Shown here piece by piece: positions 38,640 through 47,900 of a stretch of 64,000 nucleotides of DNA. How positions within the stretch are numbered: position 1 is the stretch's first letter; the number at the start of each line of letters is the position of its first letter. The position numbers and the translations under genes are program-made. This DNA comes from Cercozoa sp. M6MM (lineage: Eukaryota > Protista > Endomyxa: Ascetosporea): assembly GCA_040357565.1 (NCBI GenBank), contig JBDODJ010000015.1; one strand, given 5' to 3'. The notes below the pieces were generated by a model. The model had not been told where the DNA came from. It made no database searches and was given only the letters and a program-made list of their open reading frames with translations.

Positions 38640-40312
38640 ATGAAGTTCACTGTCGCTACGTTAGCTGCCGCGTCGGCCACTGCTGTGGTTGCTCAGTACG
38701 ATGCCCACACCAGCAAGTACCAGAACATGGTGAGTCTCACACTCCGGAAATCCTTCCACCCATCCTTTGTGTTCATGGGTGAACTGTCTGAACTGTCTTG
38801 AACTGTGTGATGTGCAGTACGCTCCCCACCCCACGACTGCTCCGTACGCACCGAGTGCGCATGCTGCGGTGCCGATGACACCCGAGGAGGTGACTTCGCA
38901 GCTCATGGCGCTGACCAAGAAGGTGGCCGATCTCGAGCACGTGGACACCGCACCTTCGGCCGGCGTGGGCTGTGCCTCGCAGTGCCAGTCGGCCATGGCG
39001 GCCAAGGTTCCGCACTTGTGTCCCAAGGTGAGTTTGAGTGTCTCTTTAATGTTGAAACTTCGCTGCAAAAATACTGCACTGTGTCCTGCTTTTAAAGCTT
39101 GCTGTGATTCCTTGCAGTGGTGCACTGGCTTGTCGGCCAAGCCGTCCGTTGCGATGTCCGTTTTGGCAGCGGAGGACAACTTGAGCGCTGACACGGCCGC
39201 GTGCTTCTTTAGCGGCATCTTCCAAGCAATCGGAGATAACACTCGCGAGCACTCGTCGTTGATGGGCTTCCGCGTTCCCATCGTCAAGAAGGCGACCAAA
39301 GTGCGTGCCTCGCTGCGCCTTGGAGTCGAGGGTGTCGTCGAAGATGACGACATCGCCAAAGTTCCATTCTCTGCACTTTCATTTTACTGTATATATGAAC
39401 TGATTGAAATGTGCTGTGTGTTGTGCTGTACCAAACTGTAGTTCTGGATGGCCAATGTCGACGACACATCACTCCCAAAACTCCTGCTCGATGCCACAGG
39501 GACTCCTGCGGATATCACTGACTGCGCCAGCGACGGTCGCATCGTCGGTGAGCTGCTCAACAAGGGTCTTGTCGGTGAGGACAAGACCCTGGTCAAGACG
39601 CAGGTCGAGGGTGCACTGTTGGACATTGAAATGTCGACTGAGGTGCAGAAACTCGTCAACGGTCAGCACTGGCAGTTCAACAACATGGTAATGATTCTGC
39701 TCACGTTCATGGACGCTGCTGGTAATCTTGGAAGTCGCGGTGAAGACGGGCCCCACCCTGTGGTACGGCACCCAAAAATCAAGTGAAGTTGAATCGGAAA
39801 GTGGTTGGACTATATATTGGGTGTCTGTTGCTTGAACCTAGGTCATTCCGTCGGAGATGCTGCTTAAGTTCGCTCGTCCTCAGCTCAAAACCAACAAGTG
39901 GCGCTACGGGTAGTCTTACTTTCAGTATACATACAGTGCAGTAGTTTCAACTGATTAACTTTCTGTTTTCTGTTGCCACCGTACTGTCCACAGAAAGAAC
40001 CGCATGCCGAGCTACGGCTACGGACAGCAGCCGAGCTACGGTGGCTACGACAGCAGCGACTACGGACAGCCGCCTGTCTACGGCAACAGCTACGGCTCGA
40101 GTCAGTACGGTGGCTACGGCATGGACTACGGCACGGGCTACGACAACTCGTACGCCTCGTACGACCAGTACGACAACGGCTACGGCAACATTGGCGCCTA
40201 CGGCAGCAGTTACGGTAGCAACCACGGCAGCGCTGGCTACTCGCAGGGCTACGACAACAGCTACGCTTCGTACGACCAGTACAGCGATGGCTACGGCCAC
40301 ATTGCTGCCTAG
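38640..40312 (+). CDS. Secreted protein with a Tyr/Gly-rich repetitive C-terminus (candidate cyst or spore wall protein)
   Basis: Signal MKFTVATLAAASATAVVA; six in-phase exons join the 38767, 39448 and 40004 ORFs; GYDNSYASYDQY occurs twice. Confidence 0.78.
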
Positions 40313-40513
40313 AAATTAAACTGTGTGGCGTGTTATTAAGCAAGAACCTGAATCAAGAACCTGAATCTTGTGCACAAAGTCCAAAATGAAAGGTGACAAA
40401 ACTGCCCTGCACGGTTAGATGCTAGAATACCATGACTTAAATTAACACACTCGTGCACGAGTAGCTAAATTTACCAACCGAACGTAAACGAAACATCTCA
40501 CAGTTTCGAATTC

Positions 40514-43500
40514 TCAAAAAACGGGCAGTGCGTTGTCGACGGCGGCGTCGGACGTGTCGACGGCAGCGTCCGAGTCGGCGCCGTGCTCGCGCTTGTGTCG
40601 CTCGAGTTCGCGCGCCTGCTTCTGGGCCGACAGGATGAGACCGACAAAGACGTTGGTGAACAGCACCAGGACGATCTAAACGATGGCGTGTACATTGAAA
40701 CATAAAAGTACAGTGTGTACAGTGTCTGCATAGTCAGCTACCATAGTGAAGGCGACGTAGAGCCAGGCGATGGCGTACGAGGTCGCCAGGATCGAGTTGA
40801 ACACAGTGACATGCCTGAACAATGATGCATTTGAATAGTACTGGACAAGTCATGCCAGTCAAGAAAGAGACATCGTACAGGTTCTCAATGAAGAGTCGGA
40901 ACATGGTGAGATAGGCCTCGGTCAAGTCGGCCCATCCAAAAGGACCGCGTCGACTGGCCGGCAAGACGCGCGTCCACGTGTCGCCGATGAGGTAGACGCC
41001 AATAACACCAAAGACGTACCACACGGCCAGCATGCAAAGCAGCAGCGACGCGAACTGAGGCGCGATACGGTACAGCGAGAACACGATGCGTCGCAACGAC
41101 ACCGATGACACGAACACGCGCAACGATGTCAGACACAGTGCGAAACGTGCCAAGTCACTGCTGTCGCTGTTGTCGCCGTTGCCTCCAGTCAGTACAATCA
41201 GCAGTGCCAGTACTGGACTGCCTAGCACCAGCACCAAGTCTGTTCGGTTCGCTTGCTGCCGGAAGTCCTTCGGCGGGTGCTACCCAAAACCAAGGACACA
41301 CTCTAGAACTCCTACATAATACTGCCACGCAGCTAGTGTACCACAGTGTCGTGTTTCCAGAAGGCGAGCCAGCCCCAGCCGAGAATCTAAACAAACATTT
41401 AATTCGCTGTTTGCGCTCGAGTTTGTGAAATTTCGCGCGAATTTGCGTCAATTTCGGCTGAGAGCACCTTGCTGCCGACTTCGAGAATCTGCAGGACCGA
41501 CAAAGCGATCAACATGCCGTCTAGCTCGTCTTCGTTCCGTGCTGCACAATACAAAAACTGTCAAGTGCCTTCCGCGCGGACCCGACAGGTCAGTTTACCA
41601 AGACCGTACTGTGCCAACACTAGAAGCTGCAGCAGCAGCACCAACTGCGATACCGTCACGGCAGCACGTGACATGCAGGCACGCCGACACACCTGCCAGG
41701 TTAAAGGGGAATTAAAGAAGAGTTAAAGGGGGATGAAAAGGGAAGATGACACCTGCACCAGCGGCCGCAGACAAGCCGAATCACGCGATGCCCAGGACCA
41801 GGCATTGGGACTACGACAGGGGGTCAAATGGGGTGGAGAAGGAGGTGTAAAGGGGTGTAAAGGGAGGTGTAAAGAGAGGTGTAAAGAGAGGTGTAAAGGG
41901 AGGTGTAAAGAGAGGTGTAAAGGGAGGGTGTAAAGGGTGTAAAGGGGGGTAAAGTTACGGAATATCTTGGTGACTCCTTGCGCGTAAGTACTCCTGACTG
42001 GCAGGCGAGCGGCGCCACCGGTCCAGTGCGCGCATCACACTCAGAAACAATCCGCGACTCATCACGGCTGCGCGGGGATGGGTGAAAGGAAGCAAGAGGG
42101 TGGGGGGGGGGGGGTAAAACTACGGAAATCACTGCCGACACATGCTGCGTGTCCCGGAGCAACTATACGGGGGGAGGGGGGGTAAAACAAGATAACAGAG
42201 GAAGGGAGCAAAGACACCCTGCAACATGAAGGAGGCCAGCAGGTCGTCGACGAGAGCGTCGCGCGACTCCTCGAGCGACAAGCGGCGCCGCAGAAACTGC
42301 CGCACCCTCTGCAGTGTCACTGTGCCTGTACAAACATATCGTACAAACGGACCAACGGTACACGGACACAAACGTTAAAAGGCAATAGTTAAGGGGGGCA
42401 ATATTTAAGGTTGCAATAGTTAAGGTTGTAAGGTTGCAATGGTTAAGGTTGCAATGGTTAAGGGAGCAATAGTTAAGGGAGCAATAGTTAAGGGAGGACC
42501 CACCTGCCCGCGCGAGTGACGCTTGCTGCTGCGCCGCCGCTTCGTCGTCGGCCTCGTCTATGTCGCCGTCGCCGTCCATGTCCTTGAACTGGAGGGAGGG
42601 GGGGGTAAAGAGCGGGTAAAGAGGGGGTAAAGAGGGAATGTAAGAGAGGGGTAAAAAGCGGGAAAAGGGGTGTAAAGTGGGGGTAAAAGGGGGATTAAAA
42701 AAAATAGAGGGGGGGGGGGGGGGGGTAAAGCACAAGACACCGCCAGTGTAGCCACACCGCCCTTAGACATGGCACGCAATGTCACCCAGTCTGTACACAC
42801 ACATTTAAGGGGTCATATGTACGTTACTTAAGAGGGGCGAGATACCGTCCTGATGCGAAACGACAGTGTCGTCGCTCATTATCGCAAATGCCGCCACATA
42901 TCGCGCGTCACGCAACTGGTGAACAGGGGTAAGGTAGGGGGGTAAAGGGGGGGGGGGTTAAACTACCGTCTGATCGCGGGCCTCGCTGCGCGCCAATGAT
43001 TCGTCAAACGCGCCTCTACCAACACAGAGGCAGACTTTACCCCCCCTTACCCCCCCCCCCCAAAGTGAAAGTACGAGAAATCGTCGATGATGAGGCCAAG
43101 AACGACAATGTAACCGAACAGCGCCAGCACGACGAAATACAGAATCAAGAGGCCGCTTTTGCTCATGGCCTGTGTTGTCCCGTATTTTCTCATCCCAGGA
43201 AAATACCAGAAACAACAAGAACTACAACAACTGCAACGTACGGGATACACGATGTCAAAGTAGTTGTCACCCGTCGATATGAACACAAACACCGACACCA
43301 ATGACCGATTGACTGAATTCAACGGGGGGGGGGGGGGGGTAAAGGTACATGGGGTATATGGGTATAGGGGGTAAGAGGTACAGTTGAACATCGAATTGAT
43401 CGGTTCCTGGATATCATTGAGCACGGTGCGGAACAGCATGGTTCCCAGTGCCGCAGCAACCTACACAAAGCATGATCGATCAACAAAAACCGATCAGAAC

Positions 43501-44935
43501 CGATCAAGAATCGATCATAAACGCCAAAGGACAATTTGGTAACAGTACGATATTGCACGCCAAGAAGAGAAACATCACGGCGCGCATTGACGGTGCCAGC
43601 AGCGTTCTAACGAACGTCGACGTCACTCGACGCACCTGCTCGCACATCACACAACAACGTTCGCTTTAACTATTACTGTCAAAACTGTATGTCAATGAAA
43701 GCTTTCATTTCAGTTCACTTTAAAACTTCCAGTTATCAAGAAGCTATGAAACTTCAGATACAGCTTTAAACTTCCAGTTAAAGCTGTAAAACTGCCAGTT
43801 AAAGTTCAAAGATTCCAGTTAAGCCTCAAAGTTGTCAGTTAAAGGTTCAAAGTTGCTTTAAAAGCCCAAACACAATTAGAGTGAAGAAAATATACACTGG
43901 AATTGACGAATAGCACGAGCAGTGGACGGCAGCACAACAGAAGAATTGTGGGACGCTGCTTTTCCTTAGCCTGAGTCGCACACACACACATCCGTCAGTC
44001 AAAAAAAAAAGCAGTAAAGCTACAGCAGCAAGCAGAAAACAAAAGCTAAAAACCAAAATAGGGGAAAAACTGTCAGCAGGTGAAAGTGAATTACCGAGGC
44101 GATCGCCATGATGACGAAATCGAGCCACGCTAGAGTCACCAGCAGCGCGTAGACTGCCGAGTCTGTCTGCAGGTGCGTTCGCGTGCGTGAGTTGCCTGTA
44201 CAGTACATTGTCCAATTAAACCATCCATCTGGATTATCCAACTGGACCGCCCAACTGGACCACCCGACTGAACAAAAGAAACTTGGCTCATCTGTACCGG
44301 TCCGGAAACACACGAGCACGCGAACGGCCGCATCGACAGTTTCCACCTGTGTCACGAGAGCATCCACATCTGACCGAGAAGGAAAGAAAAGTGAAAGGTA
44401 CGACGAGACAGAGCACGAGAAACGTCAGCACTTCTGTCGACACTTTCGTCGCTGAAACAACATAGTTGTATCTATACCCTCCCTTTCTACCCCCCCCCCC
44501 CGGGAAGACAAAGAAAAGAACCAGTCACTGTGGCCTGGCTCGTGTCGCTGCCAAACTCGCTGTCTGTCGAGTACTGCACGTGTGCGTAAAGTTAATTAAC
44601 GGGCATAGTTAAGGGGCATAGTTAAGGGGCATTGTCAAGGGGCATAGTTATGGGAGAGTTGTGTTAGGGAAGTACAGAGTTAAAGTGCGTTACCTGCACA
44701 GGTTCGAAGAAGCCAAGCAGGCAGTGCGCAATGACGACGAGATGCTGCAGTAGCATCCACGACGAACTTTCGCGCAGTCGCCACAGTCCTGTCCATGTCG
44801 ATGTCCATACCGACAGTCCATTTGTACAGGGACACAGACTTAATTAAGGGTACGCAGTAGCCACTCGTGCTGCGAGAACTTGAGACGCGACTCGACCACC
44901 AAATCGGCTGCATTTTTGTACATTCTCATATTCAG
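40514..44935 (-). CDS. Two-pore channel module (2x6TM) of the gene above
   Basis: Two S1-S6 repeats with pore helices; EF-hand-like loop DMDGDGDIDEAD in the inter-repeat linker. Confidence 0.88.
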
Positions 44936-47900
44936 CTGGACAAAAAAAAAACTGTACTTGTGACCGGCTGACGAACGCATTCGACCGCTGCGTCAACCTT
45001 TGTGTCCTATTGAAACAAAAGTACCCTTTGTATTCTCCTCTTACCCCTTCAACTTGTCCTCACCTTGGTGCAGTTGAAGGTCGAGCGAGCAACCAACGCA
45101 ATCTCGTTGAAGACCCTGTCACACCAACAAAAATATCATTTGGACCAAGCACACAAAGAGGAACAAAGGCTACATGAGACGGTAGGACTGTGCGTCCACA
45201 CTGCATACAAACACATGGATGTATCAATCTTACCCACACACACAGGCACACACAGCCACACACACACATAGCTTTAGAAAGGAAACACCGACTCCAAAGT
45301 CCGTCATTCAAGGAGGTTTCCGGCCAAGTTTTGATCCAGTCTTTTTTGCTATAATTTATATAATTGCAGACACATTGTATCTGTACACAGTCTAGGTAAT
45401 GTATACCGACCAGCCGAGTGCCCAGTGTCGTCATCATAGATCTGGAGAACCTCGCGATCATAGGCTCCTGCAGACCAAACAACAAGTCAGTGAGACTCGG
45501 AACTGTGACTCAACAAAGCACAAAGCAAAGCGTACCGCTGCGACGGAAGCGCAAAAGCTCATTCGCGCTCATCCAGATGATCACAGCTGAAGGACACAAT
45601 CATCAATTCGATAAACAAGCTTGTTGCTTCAACCGAAACATACCGACAGCAGCACATAGCGAGACACGCGAAATGTAGGCCCAGGTTTTGTCCTTGTCTT
45701 GAGTCAGTCTAATACAAAATTATCGTAGGATCGTGCGGAAGTAACTTTAAAGTGGCAAAGGTACAGCGACTCTTGCACAGGCAACAACAGTGCCGTCAAC
45801 AAGGCTGGCCGTTTGATACTTGCGACACCAGAGGGTGGAGCTACAAAAACCCCATGATTTAAAAAAAAGATAACAAACAGATTACCATATTCGGACGATG
45901 ATTCGATTCGAGCAAGGAAGCTTCGTGGACGCAGCAGCATTCGACGCGTCTTGTACGGCAACTCGGCCGAGTGGTTACCACTCAGCACGGTTTTCATGTG
46001 CGACGGCTTATCGCTCAATACATCACCCAGAGCAGCCACCTCCTTGTCCTTGAGCTACGGACACCGTCACTCAAGTTCACAAAAACTAAAGCAGAGTGAA
46101 GCGAATCAAAACCAAAATCAAAAACACTGCTCAAGCAAAACGAAACTGTTCAAACGAAAGACAAAACAAGCAATTAAAAAAAAAAGCAAAAAAGAAAAAC
46201 TAAAGTCGAGGCAAAGCAAACAAAATACGAACACAAATCAAGCGAAAATATACCGAGCTGAGAGCAGGCCGGCGAGCCAACTGCGTATCAGTCAACTCAT
46301 CTGCAAAAACAAGGACAATAAACCCTAAAACACGCAAAACAAACTATTCCACCCCCCAGGAGATCGCCTGCAACAAAGTGCAAGTTCTCGTCGAACACGA
46401 TCAGGCGTTTCTCTTGAGTGAGCGATCTCTGTGTGATAACTCACAAAATAAATCTCAAGTTCAACAAAAATAAAAGGTGCCAGCTCACAGTTTTGCGCAG
46501 CTGAGCGTCGAGCGACTTCAACTGAACGTCCACGGCAACGACGAGTTTCAGCACCGAGTCGAAGCGAGCAACCGTGACACCAAGACCACCACTCGTGAAA
46601 GCGTAGATGTCGGTGGTTACGAACTGATCGGCCACAGATCTGTTGGCACACAGTGAACAAGCTTGCTTGATAATTCATAAGGTTGTTTCACAGATACAAG
46701 GTTGTCTAAGACAGACACGGAAGTACCTGGCAGCCTGATACCAAGGTCGTTCAGAGACCTCGTACTGACAGTTGACGCCGAGTGACTCCTGAACTTCGGT
46801 GGCCGTGTCGTTGTCACGTTGACCGCCCTCGCCTTTCATTCCGTCCTGTCCATGGCAGCCGGTACAAATAGACCAGACAAATGTACTGTCCAGCTGGACG
46901 GTACAAACCAAACATGCAATACCTGCTGTAGGGTCAGAAACGACGTCAGACAGAACTCAGTTGACGCGTCCTGCACGCGCGACAGCACGACACTCCCCGC
47001 CTACAAAAGATCGATATCACAGCTAAACGACTAAATCAAAAAGAAGCCCACTTCGTTATCGTTTAGAACATGCGACAGTTCGTTTCTAAACAATTCAAAA
47101 TTAATCAATTCCCTGATTTATCAATGACCATTCATCAAGAATCAATTTAAAACCTAGAAACAAAAGATACAAACACTAAACTTACCGCCAAGTGATTTGA
47201 GCACCGGCGAAACGGTTCCGAGCCAGTCCGTTTGACGAGTCATACACCTTCAAGCCGTTGAAAACCGTCAGAGACAAAGCAAAAACTACAACAACTGAGT
47301 CCAACCTCGTGCGTGGCCACGTATAGCGATGAAAAGCGAAAGGCGAAACGACTCGTTTCACGCACCGACAGCGCCTCCGGGTGCGACGGACGCTCCGTGC
47401 GCCAAGAGGGCTAGAATCAAATTAGAGTTAAGAAACGCGTTTAAATACAGCAATTTCCAAACTGAGTGAGCGAAAAAACAAAAAAGTTACGATCAGGTGC
47501 GAAGTGATACCGTCCATCTCCAAAGGAACCGTCGCAGTGGAATCTGCATTAAAAAGATCCAACTCAACTTTTTTTTACTTTGAAAGCTTCTATAAACTGA
47601 AGCAACTGGGAGATCAAGTATCGAGTTGCACCATTTTGCGCAAACTGCGACACAGTCGGCAGATTCGACCGCAGTCGCGACAGCAGAGTCGACAGCGTGG
47701 CACGACTTTCTTCCAGCACACTCTGCCTTGTGCAAACACAAGAGTGTATTTGCCATGCTTTTGCCTAGTTGTTTTGTTGTACCAGAGGAGTCGACAAGGC
47801 TCGGCGGGTGGCGTACTGCATGCGAAGATCAACAAGACGCTCAGTGTCACTCGATTCCGACGCAATTAGCACCGCCTAAAACAACAAATTACATCAAAAC

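Noticed and set aside
41843-42496. Short spaced repeats as a CRISPR array or telomeric tract
   Set aside because: Tandem units without unique spacers, inside introns of a eukaryotic gene; not a regular telomere repeat
44700-44810. Alternative frame TARKFVVDATAASRR as the TPC N-terminus
   Set aside because: The other frame gives a proper S1 helix ending LGFFEP and stays in phase with both flanking exons
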